Translations under genes and position numbers: made by a program
The notes under the pieces: generated by a model
The model's database searches: none
Told to the model about the DNA's origin: nothing
What the model saw: only the letters and a program-made list of their open reading frames with translations
Source: Gracilinanus agilis
Lineage: Eukaryota
Reading direction: 5' to 3'
Assembly (NCBI RefSeq): GCF_016433145.1
Contig: NC_058131.1
Location: 285,926,988-285,984,480 of the forward strand
DNA: 57,493 nt
Shown: positions 11,716-29,106 of the stretch, one piece after another
Numbering within the stretch: position 1 is the first letter of the stretch
How the letters are laid out: each line of letters opens with the position of its first letter

Positions 11716-13071
11716 CCATCTTCTTTATGAAGCCTTCCTTAGCCAACCCAGGCTTAAAGTTTAAATAGCTAGTCTGACTAAAACGCTTGGAGAGGACACC
11801 CTACTGCTATGGCCAAGGCGATGGGTCTGGAACTCCTCCATGCTCTTCTTTTTCCCACCACAGACCAGACTAAATTTCAGCTACTCCCTGGAAGATGTGG
11901 GACAGTGAGATGGGTCCTTGCTACAATTCATTCCATTAAAAGAAAAAACAACAACAAAACCTTTCGGGTATTTTCTGATGAGGGGAGTAGGAGAATCAAG
12001 TAATATAACAATGACTTCACGGGATCATGCCTATGAATAATTAGAGGCAGGAGAACTAAGGTTTGAATTCTAGCTCCAGTGCTAATTGGCTTTGTGACCA
12101 AGTGCAAGTTACTTCTCAGTCTCAGTTTCCTCCTCTAAAATGGGTATAACAGAGCATCTGCACTACTTTCTTTGCAAGTTTGCTGTATGGCAGATAGTGC
12201 TGCAACAGTAAATACTATGTAAATGGATAGAAAAGGGCCTATTTGGAGGGAGGGGAATTCACTGAATCTGCTGAGCATGGGAAGCTTAATTCAGGGCAGA
12301 AAATGTAATTAAATTGAAACAGATTTGAGTTGAAAAACATTCTTGTCCTTGAACAGAATAAAACTGTATTTTACAAATATAACTTTATTGCATTTTAAAG
12401 GCCCAGTGATCTCTAAGGTCCCTTTAGTTTTCACTTATTTGAATTGAATTTGTTTCTGTCTGCAAAAGCGCTTATCTGCCAGCTTGTAGATCACTGTGTT
12501 TGGAAGCTGTGAGAAGACCTCTGAATATAATCCCCTCATTTTGCAGATGAGGAAACTGAGGCCCTTCACGTGCTCCCTCAGGTAAGTAAAGTTATATAAT
12601 CAGGTAGACTGCCAAATCAGTGTATTCCTCCATATAGATGCTAACAATGCTTATGTTAGTCTAATAAATAAAACCAGGGCAATAGATTAGTTTGGTACAC
12701 TTTGGTGGTGCTGGTATTTGGTTGTCCCTCCTTCATTCACCAGGACCGATTCATTCTGGCTTCCAACACAATCCTGCTTCCTAGAGTTTTATCCTTATTT
12801 GTAAATCCTTTACCTTCTGTCTTAGAATCAATACTATGCATTGGTCCCAAGGCAGAAGAGCACTAAAGGCTAGGCAACTGGAGTTAAATGATGTGCAGCT
12901 AGGAAATGTCTGAGGCTGGATTTGAATCCAGGACCCTTCTGATCCAGGCCTGGTGCTCTATTTATCCACTGAGCTACCTAGCTGCCCCTAGAGTTTTATC
13001 TTTAGAGGCAGGAGACAGTCAAACAAAAGACACCAGGCATATTTTGGGGGGAGGTGGGGTCGCAGGATACA

Positions 13072-13077
13072 TTTATT
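13072..13077 (-). terminator. Probable ALAD polyadenylation signal AATAAA (3' UTR about 1.4 kb)
   Basis: TTTATT on + strand; GU/U-rich element (ctggtgtcttttgtttg on -) about 40-55 nt downstream. Confidence 0.6.
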
Positions 13078-14447
13078 TTCACTTAAATGTAGAAGGAAAA
13101 ATGTCTCACACACCCCTTTGTAGGGGACTGTATGCCACCAGCAACTCTTTCCCCCCATCCCACATCCATACAGGCACTTGGGCACAAGAGCACACATACA
13201 AAGAGTCCACAGGTTGTCTCAGTCCTCCCCTCTCACTGCCCCCAGAGCTGACAAAGGGTAGATGAGGGACCCAAGGGTCCCTTCCCTAATCTATGTCCCT
13301 GGGAGATGGGGGGTTGGGTTGGAGAGAGAGAGAAAGAACGAACCAGGGGCCAGGAGTGAGCAAATGAAGCTATACCTTTGAAAGTTTTGTTCATTTAGCA
13401 CCCTACCACCTAGCAGGGTGGAGGAATGTGGTGGTAAATCCCCGATAGAACCCTGACTCTTACCTCTCTCCAGCAAGCTCCCACACCACAGCCCTTTGGT
13501 TTCTCAGATAAAACAAAACAAATAGCCCTTGTAAGGCCTCCTCCCCCCACCCCCAACAGAACAGCCCTGGCTTATAAGAGAATCACAGAATGTACCCTTC
13601 ACATGAAGCAATAACAACAGAACAAGAACTTAACTTTAGAGTTGAGAATTTCAGCCCTGGAGATAATAATGGTAATAACAATGATTCACATTTTTATGGC
13701 ATTTAGAAAGTGCTTTTGTCACAAAGATCTTTTGAGGCAAGCAGTATAAGTATTAAGATCCTCATTTCATAAATGAGGAAACTGAGGTTCAGAGAGGGGA
13801 AGTAAAAAATCTGGGTCTTCTGACTCCAAGTCCAGGGAGTGCTCTTTCTTGTTACATTCCATCGGCAAGCTTTCTTCTTTCCCATTTGGTACCCATTTGC
13901 CATTGTCACTCAGAGATTCTGCTATACCAAAGTCATTCTTCCAAGTCCTCCTTGTCTACTCATTGCTGGATGGTTTTTGTTAGCTTGAAATGATTCCAGT
14001 TGAAGGTAGGATTCTCCTTCATCTTAGCATGTCAGGACATTCAAGGAGTTAAAGTCTGGAGATTTTCCAAGAGAAACTGTGATAATAATACTCAGAGGAG
14101 AGGAGCTTATTCTCTGCCCTCTGGAGCATCCAGGTGAGGGGGCAGGGTGAGCAGTCTGGAGCTAGTTGGAAGAGTAATGGGGGTCTGGTCAATAGGAGCA
14201 CCAAGGTGCTGAGGGCCCCATTGTGAAGTTCCAAGACTGTGGGCTTACCAAGTCTTCCCATTTGCTTCCATCAATGAAGGAGGGTGGGTGTCAGGAGCCC
14301 TGGGCTCAGGGGACAGGAAGATGGTAGAAGGGTACAATTTGGAATCATCTTTCACTCTGGTTTTCACTTCTCTAAGGCCTCTGGCTTAGCTTTTTTTTTC
14401 TTCATTTTAAAATAAGTTCTAGTCCTTAAAATTTTTTGCACTCCCTA

Positions 14448-19271
<4,824 letters not shown>

Positions 19272-19969
19272 GACTAGGGCTCAGCAATGGTCCTGGAGAC
19301 AAACAATGAAGAAGTATTTACTGATGCCCCATACCCAGTCCAGATCTTACAATCACATTGAAGGAAAAAAAGATATACATGCCCTTTTCCTCCCTCCCTC
19401 CCCCCCCCCCCCCACTTGAAGGGAGGTCTTGGCAAAGCAGGGACATGAATTAAAGAGATTGCTGTAATGATTTCAGGACAAAGGACTAGAGAGATGAGTA
19501 GATGAGTTGAGTTTTAAACATTTCTTATAGGGGATACTGAGTTGAGTTTTCTAGGCTACTTTACCCCAGGCTGGGTCTCCTACAGTTCTACTGTGCCCAA
19601 CAGGTTGGAGTTGCTGCTGCTTAATCTACTACAGATGAAATAATGGGCTCCTTTCCCAGCCAACCTAAAAGCCCTATCTTAGCTTTCAAAGTTTAGTTCG
19701 TTTGGTGGTTTTGTTATCACTAGAAACATGGGACCTCGGGCTCTTGCCACACCCTAGGGCCAATATACTCCCTTCTCTTCCCCCTACCCCCCAACAAATT
19801 CCTCTTCTTCCCTACCAACCCAGGATCCTTACCCCTCAGATACATCCACCTTCCCCGGCACACACATTCAGCTCTCTCTCTCTCCAAAAGCATATCTTGG
19901 GGCCACAGACACTTCATAATAGCTCACAACTGGGACAGAAGTGAGCTTGTTCTTTGGTTACATCTGACT

Positions 19970-21030
19970 CCTTTGGGTGGTTTTTCTTGGTAAAGATACT
20001 GGAATGGTTGGCCATTTCCTTCTCTAGTTCTTTTGGATAGATGAGGAAACCGAGGCAAGTAGGCTTAAGTGACTTGGCCCAGGGTCACATTGCTAGTAAG
20101 TTTCTGAGTCCAGATTTGAACTCAGGAAGACAAGTTCCTGACTCCAGGCCCAGTGCTCTATTCACTGTCCCATTTAGCTGCCCTAGAAGTGAGCTACAGG
20201 TTTAAAAATTTTGTGTGCCTTTGTGAAAGGGACACCCACCTAAGAACTCACATCCTACAGATCTCCCAGGTTCCTCAGCTGTAAAATGAAGAGGTTGGAT
20301 TGAGAAGATCTCATCTAGCTCTAACATCTTACATGATTTCTGACACTTCTGAGGGGCAGGGAACCCACAGTATGATGGAGGGAGCAGACAACTAACATTG
20401 GTCCTAATTCTTTGGCTTCTGAAGGTCAGATCTTGTGAGCCAATTTTCTGCTGGTTTTTCTCTGCCAGTTTTACCTTATCCTTTTCCAAGCCTTCAGCAG
20501 GTTCAGGGTTAGCACATAAAAGGCCCCTGAGGCAATCCCAAGAACAACCAGTTCTTGGATATCATTATATCACTATAGGTAAATAAGGCTAGTCTTGGAC
20601 AGGTGAAATCCCAATTAATCCAGTCACCTTATATGGGCCAATCACTCCAACCTCCTCTTCTCCCAGAGTTGCTAATGTTTCACAAGGTTTGGCTTCTCTG
20701 CACAGTCAGATCCTAAGAGGAGTTTTGGGAACTTTGGGAAGGTACTGGAAGAGAGGCTGGGCAAACCTTTTAACAACAGATATAGTTGTCAAGGTATTGC
20801 AGTGGAAAGGGTGCTGGATCTAGAGTAAGGAAGACTCTTTATTCTGAGTTCAAATTTGGCTCCTTAAACTTCTTAGCTGTGTGACCCTAGGCAAGCCACT
20901 TAATCCAGTTTACCTGAGCTAGATAAGGAAATGGCAAACTATTCCAGTATCTTTACTAATATTCCCTCCTCCCCCCCCAAAAGGGGTCACAAAGAGTCAG
21001 ACACCACTGAAAACCACTGAACAACAATAA
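19970..21030. mobile_element. Mar1-type CORE SINEs in ALAD intron 1 (about 19970-20185 on -, about 20795-21030 on +)
   Basis: CORE plus BovB-like 3' end (ggaaatggcaaac..ccagtatcttt..ggggtcacaaagagtcagacac). Confidence 0.75.
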
Positions 21031-22329
21031 TATTTGTCAAATACTATTGCCAGAGATTCAGGGCAGGAACCTGAGATCACAGCTTGGCACCAGTAGAATG
21101 AGATTCAGGGAAGCAGACAAGAAGGTCCAGGGCAGGGAAATGACTTACCCAAGGTCATAGTTTATAGTAATGCTAAAACTAGAACCCAGGACTTTGTCCA
21201 AATATTCTTTCAACTAGAACAGATCTAACACCAGGAGACTTTGCCTTTTTTTTTTTTTTTTTTTAAAGAGTGAGAAGAACGCTCACTGATCAGCAACAAA
21301 GTCCAGTTTCAAAGTTTACAGTGAGAGGGTAAAGCTACTGGATACCAGACTCAGCAAGACATCACACCGAGGGTGCTGGGTTATAAGTGGTACAAGGAAG
21401 GGGGGAATGAATGCTAATGCCATCACATTAGATAACCAAAACCTAGAGGGACATTAAAGGAGTAGACAATAGCAATAACCAGCCAGGCAGAAGCAGAAAA
21501 AATTCCCCAAGCTTACAGGCTGGAAAATACTCTTCTTGCCAAGGAGTGGGGAGTGGGGAGTATTGTCTGGCCTGAGATTTCAAATGACTCAGTCAGAAAA
21601 GGGGCATTAAATTCTCACTACTCTAGGCTGTTGTTTGCCTTCGTGATCTTGAAAATCTAGAGAGCTTTATATCTTGGTGCTGGGAGGAGGTACTGGTCCT
21701 GGGAGTTGGGAGAGAAGGTAAAAGTCCTAGGGTCAATTCTTTTAGGGCAAGTGCCCAGGCTGGGTGATTAGTCTGGGACAGGCCCCCAAGGTATACTCAA
21801 GGGCAGGCCATGTGACCCCAGCCCTGGCTCTAAGTCCTGAATCTGTTTTCCATATCCGTAGGGGCAGCAAAGATTTGCAATTATGGTAGCGACCAAAGGA
21901 AAGGAGCTCAGCCTGAACCAGAGACCTACTTAGTAAAGCAGAATGGAACGGTGGGGAATGCCGGCTCCCCTGGACAAACCAGAGGGCTGCACGGCAGGAG
22001 GGTTCATGTCTGGGTTAGTACCAGGACCTGCACCCAGGAAACTGCAACTGGGGTAGGGATGGCTCTATTAAAGTGGGTGAAGGAAGCCTAGGGCAGAAAT
22101 ATGAGGCTAGGACTAGTAATGAGTATATCGAGCCAGGAGACCAGACTCTGCTATACAGTGATAGTGACCTTCGACAAGTCAATTTCCCTTAATCTACTTC
22201 TGCGGGAGAGACCAGCTGATCCTTCGAGCTCTAACACCCTGAAGTCTACCAACTCAGAGGTCCCATCCATGCCTCCAGCTCCCGACCCTCGCTCCCACAG
22301 AGAGGAGAGGAGGAAGCCTGGGAGCTGGG

Positions 22330-22960
22330 GTGGGGGTGGGGGTGGGGGGCGCAGCTCGGGGCTACGATTGTCCGGAGGACATGGGGAGGCGACCCTCCAT
22401 CTAGGGCTGTCCTGTCTGGCTGAAGGTGGCTGCGCACCCTCTTCCCGGCCGGAGAGACGCTAAGCCCAAGCTCTCTAGCCCCCCTTTCCTCCTGGCCCAG
22501 TCCATCACCCGGATCCCCGCTTACCGGTTACTGCCTCGGAGCTGCAGAAACCCCGGCTGGTGTGTAGAGCTCTAAGCCGCGGTCCTAAGTAAGCCCACGT
22601 GGGGGTGGGGCGGGCTCACCCGGAAGCAACTCTCCGTGGCCAAGCCCCGCCCCCTAGGAGCCCTCTCCTAGTCCCTGTCCTTGCACTGGCTGGCTCGGAG
22701 CTGGAGTCACTCTCCCTCTCGGTCTCCCCGGCAGCCCCCGTTATTAGCTCATTCTTGGAGGGGGGGGGGGGCTGTCACCGGGCAAGAGGCCCCCAACCCT
22801 GCAGGGGACAAGGGCCGGGCGGGTGGGGAGTCACATATGAAAGGGCCCGCAGGATAACTGACCCAAGGCTGGTGGTAAGGGGAGTACTTTTTAATGACTC
22901 CGTCAAGGAAGGAGGAGAATCTACGAGCAATTATCGAGCCGCCATGTGTGAAGACGCTGG
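22330..22960 (-). promoter_or_regulatory. ALAD housekeeping CpG-island promoter with non-coding exon 1A (donor CCG|gtaagc, last exonic base 22525)
   Basis: CpG-rich island in an otherwise CpG-depleted window; strong donor; E-box CACGTG 22596-22601, GC boxes near 22607 and 22645, ETS-like CCGGAAG near 22620; no TATA. Confidence 0.8.
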
Positions 22961-23788
22961 GTCATAAAAAGATGACTAAGACATTCCTTGCCTGCTTACA
23001 GTATTGTGGGAGACAGGACTTAGCGCAAAGTGAAACTGAGCACCGAATGCCCATGTGTGAACTAGAAAACAAATGCAGGGGGCATTCAGAGAAGAGTTAG
23101 AACCAAGTGGGATGGAGTCCAAGGTAGGAGTCGAAAGGGCACTGGAAAAGATTTTGGAAAGGGCACGGTTGGGGAGAAAAGCCATCTCTTTCTCTTTAAG
23201 ACACAAGTTTTTTAAGGAGAAAGGACTGAATGAGATAAATGGTTATATAGAATAGCAGAAGATATGTCTGGATAGTAAACTGGGGCCACATTTATGGAGG
23301 ACCTTAAAAGCCCAAATAAAGTTTGGCCCAGCTAAAAAGGCAACACAGCCAATACAAACTCCCACTGAAAGTGGTCCATGTACAGATTGAAGGCTAGAAG
23401 GAAAATCAGCTGAGAAGCAAATGCTAATTCAGGTGTGACAGAAACAAGCACTCCATCAAGAATCATAAAATCTTAGACGCTGGCTAGTCCAACCTCTCAC
23501 CTAATTAAGGAAACTTCTAATATCCAAGCTATCAGAAAAACAAAAAGCAAACCCAACTGTTGTTTGTTAAGGATTCAAGTGACTAAGAAATGCAAATTAA
23601 AGCAGCTTTTAAATTCCTCCTCACACCTATCACGTTGCAAGGATGACGGATGTTGGGAGGATTGTAGGAAAACAGCCACAATAATGCAGTGAGTACACTT
23701 CTGAATTGGTACTTCCATTCTGGAAAGCAATTTGCCTCACAAGGTTCTGAACAGAACCTTTTTATCCAGCTATGACCTCTGCTAGGTC

Positions 23789-23971
23789 CAGTGGTTCCCA
23801 AACTTCTTTGGCCTATTGCCCCCTTTCCAGAAAAAAATATTACCCTGTCACATACTATCACCGCCCCCTTAGTTATTCACCACCCCCAAATGCACCAGTG
23901 GCCATCACTGCCCCCCTGGATTGCTGCAGCACCCACCAGGGGGGCGGTGGTGCCCACTTTGGGAATCACTG
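23789..23971 (+). mobile_element. hAT-Charlie-type MITE (183 bp) inserted in an L1 fragment spanning about 23500-24330
   Basis: TIRs cagtggttcccaaa / tttgggaatcactg; same family as 39631-39822; TSD eroded. Confidence 0.85.
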
Positions 23972-25419
23972 GCTCAGAGACTAGAGGAAAAGGACTCACA
24001 CACGTAAATAGTTGGAGTAGCTCTTTTTCTAATGGCAAAGAATTGGAAATTTAAGGGAGTAATCAATTAGGGGATGTTATGGTATAGGAATTCAGTTGAA
24101 TACTACTGTTCCCCCATAAGAAATGACTGAAGGGATGAGTACAATTTGTACAATAACAGTATTGTAAAGACAAAAGAATTTTGAAAGACACAGGAATTTC
24201 AATCAATGTGATGACCAATGATAAGCTTCACTACCTGACTCAGGTGATAGACTCAAGATATAGACTATTAGGGAATTTGTTTTGCTTGACTATATTAAAA
24301 ACTAGTAACAGCATTCATATAGAGCTTTACAGATATTACCTAATTTTTTTTCTTAAAACATCCAAGAGTGTACAACATAAGTGCTATGTGTGAGTATATA
24401 TATATGTGTGTGTGTGTATGTATATATATTAAACCTTTACCTTCTTAGTATGAATTCACAGAATAGCAAGGACTAGGCAATGGAGGTTAAGTGACTTGCC
24501 CTGGGTCACACAGCTAGGATGTTATCTGAGACCAAATTCGAAACTAGGACCACTTATCGCCAAGTATAGTGCTCTATTGTCCACTGTGCTACCTAGCTGC
24601 CAAGTATATGGGGGGTATACATACTCTCTTAATTTGAATATATATTTTTTTAAGCAAGGATTCCCCAACCCCTTCCAAATAAGGTGGTAAAGGAGGAAGA
24701 AAAAATATTTGTTAACTGAGAGCACAAACAAATCCAAAAGACAATCCTTCACAGTTTTCAGGTGGTCATCCAGGTTCTTCTTGAGTATCTTCAGGAAGAG
24801 AAAGCTCAATTTCCCACAAAATTTTTTCTATTGGACATCTCTAGTTGCTAGAGCTTCTTTGTAAATCGGCATTTGATTTCCTCTAACATCCGTTCACTGG
24901 GCCCCTCTTCTCCCCATTGGTACCTAATAAAATGAGCCTGTTACAATCCTTCTGTAACAGACCTTCTGGTATTTTAAATATCAGCAATCATCTTTCCCTC
25001 CCCGTCAGTCTTTTCATGGCTACACAAAACACAGGCCTCCTTTCCATCTCCATGTTCTTTTTCAACAATCAACAAATATTCATGACATGACCCAGAAAGC
25101 AAATAATGTATTTGTGAAAGAAGAATGAACAAGGACTGAATTATTAATGGGCAGGGAATTTTGAGGTGATAATTTCAAATAATTTTAAGGATTTAAAAAT
25201 ATTTACTCAATTAAAGCAGTGTCATGAAGAACAGGTCTGCCAAGCTGTTACTTTTCTGATACAAGAGGAACACCTGCTGGCCATCCAGGGAGCTGCAAAA
25301 CTAATTTTCTATGGCTCTCATAGTATAAAATACAGACAACTCAATGAATGTCATTTCTGTCAAATAGTCACCATGAACAGATGTGGAACAACAAAAAGTA
25401 ATTATTTTTAATAACATTC

Positions 25420-25425
25420 TTTATT
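25420..25425 (-). terminator. Probable POLE3 polyadenylation signal AATAAA (3' UTR about 1.5 kb)
   Basis: TTTATT on + strand followed on - by U/GU-rich tttttgttgtt; other AATAAA hexamers near 26430 and 26083 are possible proximal sites. Confidence 0.55.
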
Positions 25426-26887
25426 TATACAAACCATTAAGTTTCCCTCCCCCAAATGAAGTGAGTGAAATGAGATTCTTTCCTCATTTATCAAAAAACT
25501 TGTCCCTATATAAGCCACTAATGAGTAAATGGTAACAAGCTACATTTGTTCACCTGTCATACTCTAGTTGAGAGCAGAATCACTATCACAATTTTATAGA
25601 CCAAAAAAAGGAAGACTAGGGGTTGAATTTGGCAAGAACTTTTACTCCCAATTCTCAAGGTAGCTCTTTACAGAGAAAGACAGACTGTGGTTACTGTGGG
25701 ACTGTTTCTCTAGCTAAATACATTTTTTTTTTTTTTGCCATGGGGATAAAGATTTTCTAGGAGCTCCCAGCCTTCAGAAATTGCCACTTAACTTAAAGTA
25801 CCTGGGAGTTAATGGAAAGGGAGCCTAACAAAAGATGAAGGCCCCATGGAAGCCACTTTAGAAGGGTAGTTTACTAGAATTATATTCCTAAGCATTATTT
25901 GATTTCATTAAAAGTTATTCCATCAAGCTGTCTTTAAAAGATGAAAGTCAGAACTATTGGACTGGAAGAAAACTTTACATTTCTTAAATTAAGCCAGATG
26001 GAAGGTAACATGTTAGCAAAGCAAAGAATAGTTTGGAGAGAATGACTGTAGTGTCTGGAAGAAATGGATTTTGGAGCTGGTCATTTATTAAATAAAAAAG
26101 CTAAGAACCAAAAGGATGAACCTAAGAGTTTCATTAGAAAACAAAAAGTAAAGGGATTATGTATACCAGAAACATCTGTTTCCAAACTTTTGTTCAGTAG
26201 GCAGGGGAAGAGACTTTTGAGGTAAAATGCCTACTTTAAAGCAAACTCAATCTTCCACTAATATAGTGAAGTATAAAATTCAAAACAGATACAAAAGTGC
26301 TAAGTAGAGTGTGGCAAAAAGGGACTAAATCTCAAATTCGGCACAAGACTAGGGGAAAATTCAGAAAGAGAAGATACAAACCAAAGGAAGCAGAACCTTG
26401 CTGAAAGTTACTTTCAAGGAATTAAATTTCTTTATTTACCCCCAAACTTTTTAGACAGTGCCCAAAATCCAGAGTGCTGCAATCACTCTTTCACAGACTA
26501 CTCATGTTCAGAGTTTAAATCTCTCCAATTTCCAGCTGCCTCTACAGCCCCTAAATAACAGATAGTATGAAATATGGGTCATAAAACAGGAAGTGAAATA
26601 AATGGATTTTCCACACTTTCCCCCCTGTATAAAATCAGATGAAATGGCAGTTCATAACCTTACCTTGTCAAAAGGTCACAATTTATGGATTATATAATAG
26701 TGAAATTGGAAAGCTCTCATTCAGGAAAACTCTGGGAATTATTCAAGTATTCTTAGGTCCTTAGAAATGAGTTTCTTAGTAGTGAAGGAAAAGGCCATAG
26801 AATTCTCTGTTAAAGAGCACAACATAGGCAACAGAGTCACAGCTCCAAGTTTCCTGATCATCTGAAATACCATTCTCTCCAGGAAGC

Positions 26888-27057
26888 TCAATTGTCAACT
26901 TCTTCATCATTTTGTTCCTCCTCTTCCATCCTTTCATCATCCTCATCATTATCATCTTCCCTACTCTTGTCTTGCTCTTCAGAATCTGTCCTTTTGTCTT
27001 TATCTTTCTTCTTTTGCTCTGAAGCTTCCTTCTTACCTTTCTGTTCACGTCTATATG
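26888..27057 (-). CDS. POLE3: POLE3 last coding exon (Lys-rich then acidic tail)
   Basis: [21 protein letters not shown]...QNDEEVDN*; acceptor ttctag|; TGA at 26890-26888. Confidence 0.97.
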
Positions 27058-29106
27058 CTAGAAGTAGAAGGAGGCTATCATAAGGCAAGAATGAATGGAA
27101 CCAAATGATCTCTCTTTAATAGTTTACTCAATTTAAAAAACAGAGAGGCAATGGGATCTGAAACAGACTGAAATGAAGATATATCCAAAACACAAAACTA
27201 CATTAAGTCCAACTGGTTAAATCAGATGACCATCAACTTTACCAAGAAGCTATAGCTACCTGCCCAAGAAAATAGAAGGGTTGTTACCATCTAGTGCTTC
27301 TTTCAAAGGAGAAATGAATCGCTGAAATTCCATCTCTTCCATGGCTGACAGTACATCACCAGCATTTAGGGTCTTCCGCTTTCCTTTCATTGCAAAGTTG
27401 TTTGCACTTAGTGGGGAGGAAAAAAGGAAAGATGAATTACCTTGCCAACTCCTATTTCAGGACATTAAAGACAACTGAGTGAAATATATTAGCAAATCTG
27501 ATTGCCTGAAGCCAAGATCTAGGAAGAGTACCTATAGCGTCAAACTTTAGCCTGTAATTCCTAATAACAACTACTTTAGTTTGGTAAAGGAAAGAAAGTG
27601 GGAAAGATACTAAGTGCAGCAGTCTTAAGCCTGCTACCTACCTCAAAGATGTTGTGGCAGGGAGAAAGGACTTCATAAATATTTGCTATTATTATTACTA
27701 ATCATCTTTTCTGCTCCTCATTTTACATTTTAATGTAGAAACTGAAGTTTAAAGAGAGTTGACCTTTGAGATCAGATCAGTGGTTCTCAGAGTATTGGTC
27801 TATACAAAAATACATTTTAATTTCTAATACAGCAAACACTGTTAGCTATAACTCACTTTAAATAAAACTCTTTGGGGGAGGGCCCCTTAATAATTTTTAA
27901 GAATGCAAAGGAGTCCCGAAACTGAAATGTTTGATTAAACACTAATCTAGGCCAATCCTCCCTAATAATTTTACAGATGAGGAAATTGAGGCCCAAAGAT
28001 GGATTTCCTAATATTAGATACTTTTCACCTTAAGGAGAGAAAACTACAAGTCTTTCTCTAACTCTGCTTCCATAAAGAACTAGGGATGGCCAAACTGACC
28101 TCCCGATGGAGGTAGCATGGCATAGTGGAAGGAGTATCAGGGCTAGAATGAGTAAGGAGATCAAAGTTCAAATCCTAATTCTGTTCATTTGTTGTGGGAT
28201 TATTAGCAAGTCTTTTCACCATTAAGTCTTAGTGAGATCAATTTGAGGGTGAGGGAGATAATCTCCAAGTTCAAGCTAATCTACATTTCTTAAGTGTCTT
28301 AAATGTGTAAGATTTTGGGCTAGGAGCTAAAGATAGGGAGCTGTCACTGGACCTATTATGATTTCACTGGTACAGCACACTCTTAGTAGGGGAAAATTTT
28401 CCTCTCTAAGGCAGGTCATCTACCCCTTTCTCCGAAAATTAAAGTCTTAGAGAACTGCCTAGGGCACTCACTGGGAGAGATTAAATGATCTGCCCAGGGT
28501 CACACTGCTTAAGTATGTCAGAAGCTGGATTTAACCCACTGGGTCTTCCTAGTTTTTGGCTCTCTCCACGTATAAGCCAAGCAGCTTCTGGCAATACAAA
28601 AGCAAACAAAACTGTCCTTGGCTTCAAAAAGTTTATATTTCTACAGTGGCAATATGAAATATGCAGAGGAACATAAAAATGACCTGATAAGGGATAATTT
28701 GGGGAAGAACAGAAAAAGCTTCTTGGAGAAGGTGGCCGAAGCCTTGAGGGGACCCGGGTTTTTGAGTGAGATACATTCCAAGTATTGGGGTGGCGGCTAC
28801 AAGGGGGAAGAGCCTCGGCCGGCCAGGGTTAGGAAGGGCTAGCAGCCCCACAGGGCCCAGGGAATCTCACCAGGACGTGGCGTACAGCACGAACACGCTG
28901 GCGGCCCGGGAGATGGCACTTCGAGCCTCTTTGGAGATATTGACGCCATCAGGGAGCTGCAAGGGGAGACGTGCGGCACCGGCGTTAGTGGGGTGCGCCC
29001 CAGCCCAGCCCAGCCCGGCCCTGTCCCTGGTTCGGCTCACCGCCTCCTTGATGATCCTGGTGATGACGGCATTGGGAAGGTTCAGGTCCTCAGGTCTTTC
29101 AGCCAT
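26888..29106 (-). CDS. POLE3: DNA polymerase epsilon subunit 3 / CHRAC17 (H2B-like histone fold plus acidic tail), whole spliced CDS: 4 exons, 441 nt, 146 aa
   Basis: [96 protein letters not shown]...EEVDN*; exons 66+86+119+170 nt. Confidence 0.98.
27288..27406 (-). CDS. POLE3: POLE3 coding exon 3
   Basis: [39 protein letters not shown]; cactaag| ... G|gtaaca; 119 nt. Confidence 0.96.
27778..27944 (+). mobile_element. Old MER5/MER20-like hAT MITE in a POLE3 intron
   Basis: cagtggttctca... start; ctctttgggg..ccttaataatttttaagaatgcaaaggagtcc core; degenerate 3' TIR. Confidence 0.55.
28871..28956 (-). CDS. POLE3: POLE3 coding exon 2
   Basis: [29 protein letters not shown]; ttgcag| ... TG|gtgaga. 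Confidence 0.97.
29041..29106 (-). CDS. POLE3: POLE3 coding exon 1
   Basis: ATG with gccATGg context; [22 protein letters not shown]; donor GCG|gtgagc. Confidence 0.97.

Noticed and set aside
1-13000. HDHD3, expected downstream of ALAD by synteny
   Set aside because: No HAD-hydrolase motif (such as TWDVKDTL) or CpG island seen; it probably lies left of the window.
26776-27083. Lys/Met-rich and Ser-rich ORFs overlapping the last POLE3 exon
   Set aside because: Alternative-frame and antisense readings of a low-complexity acidic tail.
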